DNA of 23,670 bases from NCBI GenBank assembly GCA_038108555.1, contig JAYNIA010000007.1, positions 69,838 to 93,507 of the forward strand, in the 5' to 3' direction. This document shows positions 8,889-18,582 of this stretch, in pieces (positions within the stretch are counted from its first letter, which is position 1; each line of letters begins with the position of its first letter). Source of the DNA: Nitrospinota bacterium (lineage in GTDB: Bacteria > Nitrospinota > Nitrospinia > Nitrospinales > VA-1). The notes beneath the pieces were generated by a model, which was given only the letters and a program-made list of their open reading frames with translations, had not been told where the DNA came from and ran no database searches. A program made the position numbers and the translations under genes.

Positions 8889-9107
8889 ATCACTATCTCT
8901 CAATAAAAATTCAACAAAAATACGGTTTTTGGGGGAATATCAAAGCGCACAAGGCTACCACAAAATCTTAATTTTTTCTACAAGACTGCGTCGGGGGGAG
9001 TAAGTTAAAACGCTACCAGGTTATGAATACCCTCCAACCTCTGGATTAAATGGGGGAAAGACCTATTTCCGAGGGTGAAACAAGATCGATTTGGCCCCCA
9101 CAAGCCC

Positions 9108-10778
9108 CTAGCCATCAGAATCGTCGAAAACGCCTTTGGCAAGGCTTTTACGGGCGGTGCGGGCCTCCTGGTCAGCACGGGTGATGCCACCATCATAGTC
9201 GTTATAGTCCACAAATTGGAGAACGGATTCCATTTCCGGGTGGCGTTCCAGATACAGCTTTGCCATCGTTTGGGTGGTTCGCCGGTATTTGGGGTGCCCG
9301 GCTTTTTGGGTACGTAACTCGGCAAAATGGCCCAATTCACGAAGATTCATCCCCATGTTCCATCGGATAAAATGGTTGAAAAGGGTGGCGTACTGGGCTT
9401 CCTGCTGAAAACCATCGCGTTTCAGGTCCCGGTGAAGTGATTCTGTGCGTTCGAAACATTCCTGAACCTTGTTTTCCATACCGATTTCAGAAATCTCTTC
9501 TGGAACCGAGTAACCCAACTCAATCCCCAGATCCTGCCTCTGTTGAGTCAACATGCGATGTCTTTGCAAATCGCGATACTCCGCAAACCCAGCCAGGATA
9601 TCGAATTGGATGGGGTAACCATATTCCAGGGCCCGGCCCGGCCTGTCTCGCTTGCTTTTTCGAGAACCAATATATGCATCGAAGATCTGTTTTTTCTTTT
9701 CTTCAGGCAATTGTCGAACCACATTTCTAATCTGCTGGGAAGAATGCTGCACATAAGGAAAAATCATGTTTGCCAACATATTAATATGCTGGTCCTGGGA
9801 TGCATCTTCCAGCAAAACAACTTCTGCCGTTGTTTCTATTGGAAGAGAATCAAAAAGCTCTTTACACAATGCCCGCATTGCCTTGTGATTTTCAGCCACG
9901 TAAGAATTTCGATCAGCACGTTTTATAAAAGTTGGGATTTGTGTATTCAACGCGCTTCGAATGGAGTCGGCAAGCTGATTGGCTTCCGACAATTCGCTGG
10001 TCATCAGTTTACTGATGAGCCCTGAATAAAACCTGCCGTTGCCCACCAACCCGACATTTGCCTGGGTACATGCAGGAAGAATGCAGCGAATCACATCACA
10101 GGCAGCACTTCGGATAGTAAAGTTGTAGGCAATGCGATGAGCTTTGATTTCGTTTTCATCTTGTAAATTGGATAAACCCGCTTTTTCAATCTGTCCGTCC
10201 CGTTCCACTTCAATTTCAAACTGTTCCTTTGTAAGACGTTTACGAAACAGGTCTTGCATGGGTTCGACCATTTCTGCATATGTCTCAAAAAGAAAATCCA
10301 TATTGCCGGTAAACTTCTCGCCCAAACCAGATTGGCGAATATTATCCGGGCAAATGTACCTCCATCGACCATTCTTTTTTGCATCGTAGAGCACATAGCG
10401 GGTGGACTCTTCGATAGGGGACCCGCCGATACGACAATCTTCAATGACCTTCGTCATCAGGTTAGAAATTTCTTCAATACACAAAGGGGCTACGGCCAGC
10501 TCCGCAACGGATTCGTCGCCAAATTTATTGACCACCCGGTCAATCATCTGCGAACCTTTGACGTCGTTGGGAGTTCCGTCAGGATTCAGAAACTCACGAG
10601 CAACTGTTTCCTTGAACCCGGTAGGTGCTCGACTGTAACGGGCCAAAGCGCCCCCTATCACCTCTGGATTTAAATTTTCCAGAGTGAACACATTAGCATC
10701 GACATTAGAAAGATAGGGTTTTAATAACCCTCTTTCAGTGTCGGTGAGCTCATCGGAACGTTTTGGTTTGTCAGTCAT
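9108..10778 (-). CDS. thyX: FAD-dependent thymidylate synthase, long tandem-domain type
   Basis: 556 aa. The N-half has ARYSR, GDESVAE, EESTRY and DVIRCILP; the C-half has YRDLQRHR and MNLRELGHFAELRT. Confidence 0.85.
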   Translation of the reverse strand: MTDKPKRSDELTDTERGLLKPYLSNVDANVFTLENLNPEVIGGALARYSRAPTGFKETVAREFLNPDGTPNDVKGSQMIDRVVNKFGDESVAELAVAPLCIEEISNLMTKVIEDCRIGGSPIEESTRYVLYDAKKNGRWRYICPDNIRQSGLGEKFTGNMDFLFETYAEMVEPMQDLFRKRLTKEQFEIEVERDGQIEKAGLSNLQDENEIKAHRIAYNFTIRSAACDVIRCILPACTQANVGLVGNGRFYSGLISKLMTSELSEANQLADSIRSALNTQIPTFIKRADRNSYVAENHKAMRALCKELFDSLPIETTAEVVLLEDASQDQHINMLANMIFPYVQHSSQQIRNVVRQLPEEKKKQIFDAYIGSRKSKRDRPGRALEYGYPIQFDILAGFAEYRDLQRHRMLTQQRQDLGIELGYSVPEEISEIGMENKVQECFERTESLHRDLKRDGFQQEAQYATLFNHFIRWNMGMNLRELGHFAELRTQKAGHPKYRRTTQTMAKLYLERHPEMESVLQFVDYNDYDGGITRADQEARTARKSLAKGVFDDSDG

Positions 10779-10784
10779 AATTTT

Positions 10785-11717
10785 CTATCGAAAAGCTTCT
10801 TTGGAGTCTTTGGCACAGCGGAATCCGGTGTCATTGAACCGCACATCGGGTCGGCTCCACCTGCGAAACGAACTTCGAAGCGAGTCAGGAAAGTTTACCC
10901 AGGACCCTCCCCGGAGAACCTTGAATTCCCCTTTGGTATATCCTTTGGGATTTTTTTTTCTGCTTTTCCGGTAATAAGTCCGATGGTACCAATCCGATAC
11001 CCATTCCCAAACATTTCCTGCCATGTCATGCACTCCATAAATAGAGACTCCTCCAGGATAGGTACCCACGTTGGTCATCGTGGCAATGCCTTGCCATTTT
11101 TTGCCATAGGTAGCCTTTCCTTTGGGAGAGCCATTCCCCCAAGGGTAAATATTGCCACTGGGACCCCTTGCGGCTTTTTCCCATTCTGCCTCGGTCGGTA
11201 GTCTCTTCCCCCTCCATTCGCAATATGCCACAGCATCGTACCAATCCACCTGAGTGACAGGTTGATTTTTAATAAGAGGAGAAAATGATTCCCCTTTCCA
11301 TAAATTTCCCTCCCAACAGGAATCCGTAGTACAGGTGTCATCCAATGCAGGTCGATGCCCGGTAGCTTTTACAAATTCAAGATATTGGGCATTGGTAGTT
11401 TCGTATATGTCTATCCAATAGCTTTTTAATGTTATAAGCTTTACAGGAATCTCGTCAGAAAACCACCAAAGCTGACAACTTCTGTCATATTTTCGGCACA
11501 TTTTCAACGCTGCCTGATTTTCCTTAAAACTGGAGCCGCGCACAAAATTTCCTCCCTTGATCCAGGCCATATCTGCATATGCTTCTGCCTCAGACTTTTT
11601 GCTTTCCTTAATTTCTGTTTGAGATAATGCTTCCGGCGCAAAAATTCCATTACTAAACAGCAGGAAAAAAAAACAAAAAGCGGAAAGGTTTCGATTGAGT
11701 GAAGGGAAAATAAACAA
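10785..11717 (-). CDS. Exported FGE-sulfatase (SUMF1/EgtB/PvdO) fold protein
   Basis: Signal-like N-terminus; PVTQVDW, GKRLPTEAEWEKAARG, DMAGNVWEW, RGGSW and GFRCA motifs. TTG start uncertain. Confidence 0.92.
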   Translation of the reverse strand: MFIFPSLNRNLSAFCFFFLLFSNGIFAPEALSQTEIKESKKSEAEAYADMAWIKGGNFVRGSSFKENQAALKMCRKYDRSCQLWWFSDEIPVKLITLKSYWIDIYETTNAQYLEFVKATGHRPALDDTCTTDSCWEGNLWKGESFSPLIKNQPVTQVDWYDAVAYCEWRGKRLPTEAEWEKAARGPSGNIYPWGNGSPKGKATYGKKWQGIATMTNVGTYPGGVSIYGVHDMAGNVWEWVSDWYHRTYYRKSRKKNPKGYTKGEFKVLRGGSWVNFPDSLRSSFRRWSRPDVRFNDTGFRCAKDSKEAFR

Positions 11718-11734
11718 GGGCTTAAATAGAGAGA

Positions 11735-12277
11735 TTAACTGCTCTCTTTAGTCTGCTCCGAAAAACGAGTCATTTCTTTTCCGTGAATATAAAATAAAGA
11801 CAAACCTAATACCATATTTATGGTGTAAAGCCATGTCAACTGGCTGTGATATCGGTCAAATTGAATCTGCAATTTCTGGTCGGCGGGATTGGCCTTCTTC
11901 ATCTGATCCATGGCATGCATTTCGGGTCTTAAAATACCACCAATGTATATTGCAAGGACCACCATGATAGCGAGAAAAATTTCACGTGTATAACGTCGTT
12001 TCGTCACTACTTGAGGCTCATATCCCACCGAGCTGTATTTTCCAATTAGAAACTTGATCACCTCAGCTAGCACCATGAGAACAACGCAGGTATAAATGAT
12101 GTGAACATTGAATACATCCATGATTTTATTCATGATGGTGCTGGCAACCAGTTTCTGGTCTTTCAGGTTTATTCTCACCATGATTTCCACCAGGATACCG
12201 AGCAGGAACATTCCCGCCACCCAGAGGCTGAGTGAAAATAAATAAAGCCAGTTTGAAATAAAAAGCAGACGTTTCAT
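11735..12277 (-). CDS. Four-TM membrane protein, DUF4149/TMEM205-like
   Basis: Four hydrophobic helices, LSLWVAGMF near the N-terminus, and FDRYH before the last helix. Confidence 0.7.
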   Translation of the reverse strand: MKRLLFISNWLYLFSLSLWVAGMFLLGILVEIMVRINLKDQKLVASTIMNKIMDVFNVHIIYTCVVLMVLAEVIKFLIGKYSSVGYEPQVVTKRRYTREIFLAIMVVLAIYIGGILRPEMHAMDQMKKANPADQKLQIQFDRYHSQLTWLYTINMVLGLSLFYIHGKEMTRFSEQTKESS

Positions 12278-12320
12278 TTTTTTACATGGGGTTTCTGAAG
12301 AGCCTTTTTACGATTCCCGA

Positions 12321-12626
12321 TCAACGACCTCCCGAAACGCGTTTTCGGAGGGCACTAAAGCTTTCTTTTATTTCTTTTTCTTCCCGTTCCCGAGCGAGAA
12401 TAACCTCTTCCTTGTCACCCCCGAACCAGGTTTTAACGGTTGTTCCGGTTCTTTCCCTGTTTACGGTATTTAAAATGGACAGGTAAATGATTCCGTAAAA
12501 AACGGCGAAACCATAAAGTATATAGGGAATCAAGGAACGCAGCCGCTGTTTTTCTTTTAGCGAACGATGATCCCACAATTTATACCATAAGGTTTCTTTC
12601 TTATCCTCGCCCTTATTCTCATCCAT
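12321..12626 (-). CDS. Hypothetical single-TM protein
   Basis: ATG start, one hydrophobic segment (LIPYILYGFAVFYGIIYLSIL) and a charged helical C-terminus; first gene of the minus-strand cluster. Confidence 0.75.
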   Translation of the reverse strand: MDENKGEDKKETLWYKLWDHRSLKEKQRLRSLIPYILYGFAVFYGIIYLSILNTVNRERTGTTVKTWFGGDKEEVILAREREEKEIKESFSALRKRVSGGR

Positions 12627-12697
12627 AATAATCGTCAGAAAATATCTATAAATATTTAAATATAAGTGCCTTATTGATGAAGTTCGCTTGAAAATCG

Positions 12698-12726
12698 ATC
12701 ATAGCAGAATCATAAAATTGAAACAA
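12698..12726 (-). promoter_or_regulatory. Putative sigma70 promoter of the thyX-containing operon
   Basis: Minus strand reads TTGTTT-17 nt-TATGAT with extended -10 TGn. Confidence 0.55.
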
Positions 12727-12812
12727 CCGGGCGGCTTACCGCTGGAAGCGAGGAACAGGCTCCAAAAAAGAAGACTCACTGGTATTGCCATTTAACTATA
12801 AATCCCTACTCT

Positions 12813-12841
12813 TTGCCTCCCTCGCTCGAGGGTGGTATATT
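12813..12841 (+). promoter_or_regulatory. Putative sigma70 promoter of aroA
   Basis: TTGCCT-17 nt-TATATT with extended -10 TGn; the spacer contains the palindrome CCCTCG-ct-CGAGGG. Confidence 0.55.
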
Positions 12842-12873
12842 TCTAATTTTGAACCTTAAATGATGGTTGAGTC

Positions 12874-14142
12874 GTGATTGAAATCAAACCCGTAGAAAAA
12901 GTGAACGCTACTGTTACCCTTCCGGGCTCCAAAAGCTATACCAACCGGGCGCTATTGATTGCAGCCCTGGCAAACGGCGTCAGCCGTCTGGAAAAACCGT
13001 TGGTGAGCGATGACACAAAATTTATGATCCAGGCTTTGAAAGGCTTCGGAATTCAAGTGGAGGAAGAGCCCGGTGCTTTTACGGTTTCCGGGAATGGAGG
13101 CAAACTGGAACTCCCCAAAGATGATATTTTTGTGGGAAACGCGGGGACCACGATGCGCTTCCTAACCACTTTTTCAGCTTTGGCAAAGGGGAAAGTCCGT
13201 TTAGACGGTGATGAACGGATGAGGGAAAGGCCCCTTGCCGACCTACTAGAATGCCTGGGCCAAATGGGAGTCAAAGCCATTCCGGCCTATCACAATGGAT
13301 GCCCTCCCATAGATATTGAGGGGGAAGGAATTCCCGGAGGATATGTAAAATTAGCAGGGGATAAAAGCAGCCAATACCTTACCTCCCTTCTGCTATCCGC
13401 CCCTTATTTCCAAACCGATACTAAAATCCTTATCCAAGGGGACCTGACCTCTAAATCTTATGCCGATATTACTTTGGATATTATGCGGACGTTTGGTGTT
13501 GAAGTGGGAAACAGGGATTATCAGGAGTTCAGTGTTCGGGCTGACCAAATTTATAAACCGCAAACCTATAAAATTGAAGGGGACTGGTCGAGCGCATCTT
13601 ACTTTCTTGCCGCAGCAGCGGTCACTCAGGGAGACATCACCCTTACAGGGATAAACCCGGACAGTGTCCAGGGGGATGCACAATTTCCCGGGGTTCTGGA
13701 AAAGATGGGTTGCCAGATAAAAAAATCAGCCGATTCTTTAGAACTCAAAGGAAATTCTTTAAAGGGGATCACGGTAAACATGAACAATATGCCAGATGCG
13801 GTTCAAACTCTGGCCGTTGTTGCTTTATTTGCCGAGGGCGAAACCGTCATTGAAGGAATTGGCAATTTAAGGATAAAAGAAACCAACCGTATTGAAGCTT
13901 TAGCAAATGAACTGGGCCGGTTGGGTGCAGAAGTTGAGGCGGGTGAAGATTTCATCATTGTCCGACCCGGAACGTATGAAGGGGCGGAAATTGAAACTTA
14001 CAACGATCATCGAATGGCCATGAGTTTCGCTGTTGCCGGGTTAAAAATACCCGGAGTTAAAATTAAAAATCCCAAATGTGTTGAAAAATCTTTTCCGGAT
14101 TTTTTTTCTCAATGGCCTCCTGGCCAATCCATAAACGGGTAA
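12874..14142 (+). CDS. aroA: 3-phosphoshikimate 1-carboxyvinyltransferase (EPSP synthase)
   Basis: LPGSKSYTNR, GNAGTTMR, SSQY, LRIKETNR, DHRMAM and CVEKSFP motifs. Confidence 0.98.
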   Translation: MIEIKPVEKVNATVTLPGSKSYTNRALLIAALANGVSRLEKPLVSDDTKFMIQALKGFGIQVEEEPGAFTVSGNGGKLELPKDDIFVGNAGTTMRFLTTFSALAKGKVRLDGDERMRERPLADLLECLGQMGVKAIPAYHNGCPPIDIEGEGIPGGYVKLAGDKSSQYLTSLLLSAPYFQTDTKILIQGDLTSKSYADITLDIMRTFGVEVGNRDYQEFSVRADQIYKPQTYKIEGDWSSASYFLAAAAVTQGDITLTGINPDSVQGDAQFPGVLEKMGCQIKKSADSLELKGNSLKGITVNMNNMPDAVQTLAVVALFAEGETVIEGIGNLRIKETNRIEALANELGRLGAEVEAGEDFIIVRPGTYEGAEIETYNDHRMAMSFAVAGLKIPGVKIKNPKCVEKSFPDFFSQWPPGQSING

Positions 14143-14166
14143 TAAGTAGAGAGCAAACAAAACAGG

Positions 14167-15339
14167 TCAACTTGTATTCGCTTTCGGTTGGCTGGCTGCA
14201 AATGGCAATGCCATTATAAAATAAAGCAACATACTTACTTCGCTGTCATAAAAATTGGTTTCAAAGAATCCAGCCACTAAAAACCCGACAATTGCGGCAG
14301 CACTTCCCATAGCGTCTCTTCGAAATGAAGGGTTTCCTTTCTCTGAATTTAATTTCCTGTTTAACTCTATAAAAAACATAACCCAAATAGAAATCCAAGA
14401 AATCAAACCGAACAACCCTGTATCAACAGCTAATTGAATAAAATTGCTGTGCATACCCCGAAGTCGCTTTATATTCCCAGTTGGGTCTGGATATTTTTGG
14501 TTTACAGCATCAATACATTTAAAACCGCAGCCCGTCAGAGGATGATCTTTAAAGACCAACCACCCGCCTTGCCAAAGAGAAAGTCGTATTTTCAGATTGG
14601 CATCCTGCAAATTAGTTAAAGTATTTATCCGGTATTTGATTTCAGAAGGTGAAACACTAAAAACCCCGAACAATATTACAGGAAGTAGAAGGAGCAAACT
14701 TTTTTTCCGGAACCAAATCAGAAAGATTCCCCCTGCCAGTACTCCCAACCATGCCTGCCGTGTAACTGTCAATAGAAGACCAGCTACCATTAAAATAAAA
14801 GCCACATAAATTCCTTTATTCTCTCCAGGCGCAAATACCAGCTTTCCCAATGCCAACAGAATAGACAACATCAAAAGGCCTGCATAAGTCATATAAACAC
14901 TCATGGTACCTTCTGCCCTTACCTTATGATGGACACCTCCCAACTCCCATACGGTGTAAAAATCAGAGAGAGTTGAAATTGTAGCTGCCAAAATCAAAAT
15001 AAGTGAAAGACGCTCCCTCAAATTTTCACTATCAATACAATTAACAGCCCAATAAAATATCAGAATTTCCAGCAGGCGTTTCAGGGACTTATAACTTTCC
15101 AAAATATCCACCCCTCCAAGCACGGCAACAAGACAAGCAAGGACAAAAAGGAGAATAGGAATTTTTAATGGAAAATACTGGTTTCCCCAGGATCGGGTTA
15201 TATAACACTTGGCCAACCAAGCCAGGCCCCCAATCCCGCACGAGATTTGGGTCAAGCTGATTGAATAAAAGGAAAAGAAAACAAAACCCATCAGGCTAAA
15301 TAAAATAACCTTATCCAGATTTACTAATCGAGAATCCAT
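14167..15339 (-). CDS. O-antigen ligase family (Wzy_C/WaaL-like) membrane protein
   Basis: Multiple TM helices, LTVTRQAW, RLSLW...HPLTGCG, and the HSNFIQLAVDTGLFG catalytic-His motif. Confidence 0.88.
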   Translation of the reverse strand: MDSRLVNLDKVILFSLMGFVFFSFYSISLTQISCGIGGLAWLAKCYITRSWGNQYFPLKIPILLFVLACLVAVLGGVDILESYKSLKRLLEILIFYWAVNCIDSENLRERLSLILILAATISTLSDFYTVWELGGVHHKVRAEGTMSVYMTYAGLLMLSILLALGKLVFAPGENKGIYVAFILMVAGLLLTVTRQAWLGVLAGGIFLIWFRKKSLLLLLPVILFGVFSVSPSEIKYRINTLTNLQDANLKIRLSLWQGGWLVFKDHPLTGCGFKCIDAVNQKYPDPTGNIKRLRGMHSNFIQLAVDTGLFGLISWISIWVMFFIELNRKLNSEKGNPSFRRDAMGSAAAIVGFLVAGFFETNFYDSEVSMLLYFIMALPFAASQPKANTS

Positions 15340-15433
15340 TTGTTTGATCGGCCGGGAATTTCAGTGCCAGACAGATTAAAAAATAAATTGAAAGGGAGTT
15401 TGAAAACTTTTGTTCGAATTAGCGGAAGTTTTG

Positions 15434-15464
15434 AAAAATGGAGTCGTTTGAAAAAACACTCCAT
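15434..15464 (-). terminator. Probable intrinsic terminator after the methyltransferase gene
   Basis: Minus-strand stem ATGGAGT...ACTCCAT with inner GTTT/AAAC pairing, followed by TTTT. Confidence 0.45.
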
Positions 15465-15488
15465 GCTGTTTTTGACAAAACCACAAAC

Positions 15489-16253
15489 TTATTTTCGAGT
15501 TCCATCAATTAAAACATGACGGAACATATATCTAATCCACTCAAAATTTTTGTCTAAAAACTGATCAACACTAAAAGCGAATCGCATCAAACTGTTTGAT
15601 CCATCTTTAAAAATCATTCCGGATAGAACTCCAAAAGGAACCGACAAAAATTCTTCATAAAAAAACCGGGTTTCAAATCTCTTATTAATTTCCGCGATAT
15701 CACATTTCCTTAATGGTTGCTCATCGGCGGTTCTGGCTTTCTTAGTTAAAGATCTCACAATTTTCCCCATCGGGTTCATATCCAATGGTTCCACAAACAG
15801 TATTTTTCCGTTCGGTTTTAAAACTCGATATATTTCATCCAATGCCGTAACCATATTCAAATGATGTAAAATTGCCGCCCCAAAAACAAAATCGAACGAC
15901 TCATCTTCAAATTGCAAATCATGCGCATCCATCAGGATAAACTGGGGATTTGCTTTGCTGTTGGCAGATGAATCTATTCCCTGATGCAATTCGACCTCAG
16001 AAATATTAATACACGTTAAGGAAGAAGGAATTATAGAATTGTGTTCCAGCCACCCCCTCCAGGTAACGGAACCTATCTCAAGGACTTTTTTTCCCTGCGC
16101 CAACTGCATTTTTTCCTTGATCAGTTGAGTTCTTTTTTGGATGTAATAATACCGGCAATGATTGAAGAATCGGTCATATCCTTCTCTTTGCAGCCCTTCA
16201 TTATATTGAGCCCGTTCTTTTTCCGCTAATTCTGAAAATTTTTGAGTTTCCAT
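15489..16253 (-). CDS. Class I SAM-dependent methyltransferase
   Basis: KKVLEIG, MDAHDLQFEDESFDFV, ILHHL and EIYRVLKPNG motifs. ATG 16253 preferred over TTG 16265. Confidence 0.85.
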   Translation of the reverse strand: METQKFSELAEKERAQYNEGLQREGYDRFFNHCRYYYIQKRTQLIKEKMQLAQGKKVLEIGSVTWRGWLEHNSIIPSSLTCINISEVELHQGIDSSANSKANPQFILMDAHDLQFEDESFDFVFGAAILHHLNMVTALDEIYRVLKPNGKILFVEPLDMNPMGKIVRSLTKKARTADEQPLRKCDIAEINKRFETRFFYEEFLSVPFGVLSGMIFKDGSNSLMRFAFSVDQFLDKNFEWIRYMFRHVLIDGTRK

Positions 16254-16445
16254 ATAATCCAGCAAAAGATAAATTTTTCAAAGACATTATAACATCTATT
16301 TAATTTCAATATGATCTTTTGCTTTGTAACGTTTAACCTCTGGAGTTTGCAACAGGGGGAGAGTACAATTTACTTCTTCAAGAAAAGTTTTTTCAGGTTG
16401 AATCTTCAGCAAATCCCATTTCTTTAATTTCGACAGCATTAATTT

Positions 16446-18530
16446 ATGACCAAACATCCATACAAAAATAAACTGATCAACGAAAAAAGCCCTTACCTCT
16501 TACAACATGCTCATAACCCGGTTAACTGGTATCCCTGGGGAGAGGAGCCGTTCCGGATAGCGAAAGAGAAAAACTTACCCGTCCTTATCAGCATAGGCTA
16601 CGCCACCTGCCATTGGTGCCACGTAATGGAAAGGGAATCTTTCGAAGATGTTGTGCTGGCGAACGTTCTTAACGAAAGTTTCGTCAGTATTAAAGTGGAT
16701 CGGGAAGAACGGCCTGATGTCGACAGCATTTATATGCAAGCGGTTCAAGCTTTAGGGCAACAGGGTGGATGGCCTCTTAATGTATTTTTAACACCGGAGG
16801 GTGTTCCTTTTTACGGAGGAACCTATTTCCCACCTGAAAGGAGACACAACCTGCCCTCCTTTATGGACGTTCTTCAGTTTTTAATTAAAACCTGGGAAAC
16901 GGAGCAGGAAAAGGTTGCCAAGCAAACTAAAGCCCTAGTGAATTACATTCGGGAATCGTCCACACGGGAAAAAATCTCCGCCGATCTTGATGATTTGAGT
17001 TTTGATGGTGAAGACAAAGCCCTTGAACTTTTTGAAAACAATTACGATAAGTTGAATCACGGATTTAAATTCCAACCGCAAAACAAGTTCCCACCTTCCA
17101 TGGGACTCTCACTTCTTTTAAGGCATCACCATCGAACCGGCAATTCCAATGCAAGGATAATGGTTGAAAACACTCTCAAGGCTATGAAATTTGGAGGCAT
17201 TTATGACCAGATAGGGGGTGGACTTTCGCGGTACAGCACGGACTACCGATGGCTGGTACCGCATTTTGAAAAAATGCTGTACGACAATGCACTTTTCACA
17301 ACTTCTCTCATTGAAACCTTTCAGGTTACGGGAAAAGAAGAGTTTGCAGATTTTGCCAATGACCTTCTAGACTATATCGATCGCGATATGACTTCAAAGG
17401 AAGGCGCATTTTTCAGTGCAGAAGATGCCGATAGCGAAGGCGTTGAAGGAAAGTTTTATGTCTGGTCCCTTGAAGAGATCGAAAACCTCCTGGGGAGGAA
17501 AACCGCCAGTGCTGCCATTCCATTTTACAACGTCACGAAGCAGGGAAATTTTGAAGGCAAAAATATCCTCTTTTTAACACGTGGACCGGAAACCGTTGCC
17601 AAAGAAATTGGCATGAACGTTGACGACTTTAAAAAGGAAATAAAAACGGCCCGGCAAAAATTACTGGAAACCCGAAATAAGCGGATTCGCCCCCTGTTGG
17701 ACGATAAAATACTAACCTCGTGGAATTCCCTGATGATCAGCGCTATGGCAAAAACCGGACGGGTCCTGGAAGATCCGCAGCGAATTGAAAAAGCCACCCG
17801 GGCAATGCAGTTCCTGCTTACCAAATTAAGAACATCTGATGGAAAAATGCTGCGGCGTTATCGAGAGGGAGAAGCCCGCTATGATGGCTATTTGTTTGAC
17901 CACACAGCAACCGCAGTAGCTTGCCTGGACCTATACGAAACGACTTATGACCCTTCGTATATCCAATCCGCCAGAGAATTGATGCAACTGGTTGTTGAAA
18001 AGTTTGCGGGTGAAAACGGAGCTTTCCATGAAACCTCCAGTGATTCTGAAAAATTACTGGTCCGCCAAATCAGCTGCTATGATGGTGTCGAACCCTCGGG
18101 AAACAGCAATGCAGCCCTGGCATTTTTGAAACTCTCTGCCTACCTGATTGATCCTGAATTAACAAAAAGGGCCGAAGGCATTTTCTTGAGCTTCTATGAC
18201 GAACTGATGGAATATGGACTCAATTCTTCATTTATGCTACAAGCTTTGCATCTATACTTGGGGGGACTAAAAGAAGTTGCCATCGTAGGCAAAAGAAATG
18301 ATGCATCTACGCAAAATTTTCTGGCCACCATTCGGAAAGGATTTTTTCCGAATGCGGTGTTTGCATTTTCATATGAGGATGAACTGGCAAAAAACTCAAA
18401 AATCATACCCTTACTGGAAGGCCGGGAATTAAAAAACGGAAAGGCCACAGCCTATGTCTGCCGGCAGGGCACCTGTTTGCCACCGGTTTTTAGTTCAGAA
18501 GATTTGGTGAAATTGTTGAGTTATGACTAA
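16446..18530 (+). CDS. YyaL/SSP411 family protein (thioredoxin-like domain plus alpha/alpha barrel)
   Basis: [56 protein letters not shown] and DDKILTSWN motifs. Confidence 0.95.
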   Translation: MTKHPYKNKLINEKSPYLLQHAHNPVNWYPWGEEPFRIAKEKNLPVLISIGYATCHWCHVMERESFEDVVLANVLNESFVSIKVDREERPDVDSIYMQAVQALGQQGGWPLNVFLTPEGVPFYGGTYFPPERRHNLPSFMDVLQFLIKTWETEQEKVAKQTKALVNYIRESSTREKISADLDDLSFDGEDKALELFENNYDKLNHGFKFQPQNKFPPSMGLSLLLRHHHRTGNSNARIMVENTLKAMKFGGIYDQIGGGLSRYSTDYRWLVPHFEKMLYDNALFTTSLIETFQVTGKEEFADFANDLLDYIDRDMTSKEGAFFSAEDADSEGVEGKFYVWSLEEIENLLGRKTASAAIPFYNVTKQGNFEGKNILFLTRGPETVAKEIGMNVDDFKKEIKTARQKLLETRNKRIRPLLDDKILTSWNSLMISAMAKTGRVLEDPQRIEKATRAMQFLLTKLRTSDGKMLRRYREGEARYDGYLFDHTATAVACLDLYETTYDPSYIQSARELMQLVVEKFAGENGAFHETSSDSEKLLVRQISCYDGVEPSGNSNAALAFLKLSAYLIDPELTKRAEGIFLSFYDELMEYGLNSSFMLQALHLYLGGLKEVAIVGKRNDASTQNFLATIRKGFFPNAVFAFSYEDELAKNSKIIPLLEGRELKNGKATAYVCRQGTCLPPVFSSEDLVKLLSYD

Positions 18531-18582
18531 AGAACTTCTATGATAGGGCTATAAAATTACCGCTGGGAGAAATTTAGTAAAA

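Noticed and set aside
9029..9076. Possible fold (ACCCTC/GAGGGT with inner GGAAA/TTTCC) between thyX and pntA
   Set aside because: Short stems with a large unpaired region and no riboswitch or terminator hallmark; could arise by chance.
10785..10930. FGE/C-type-lectin-fold C-terminus as a possible diversity-generating retroelement variable region
   Set aside because: No template repeat copy and no reverse transcriptase are visible in the window.
12727..12745. Small GC hairpin (GCGG-ctta-CCGC) between the divergent promoters
   Set aside because: Too short, and lies outside both predicted transcripts.
16324..16352. TTGTAAC-N14-GTTTGCAA resembling a BirA operator upstream of the yyaL-like gene and bioB
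   Set aside because: Both half-sites deviate from consensus, the region is AT-rich, and it is more than 2 kb from bioB.
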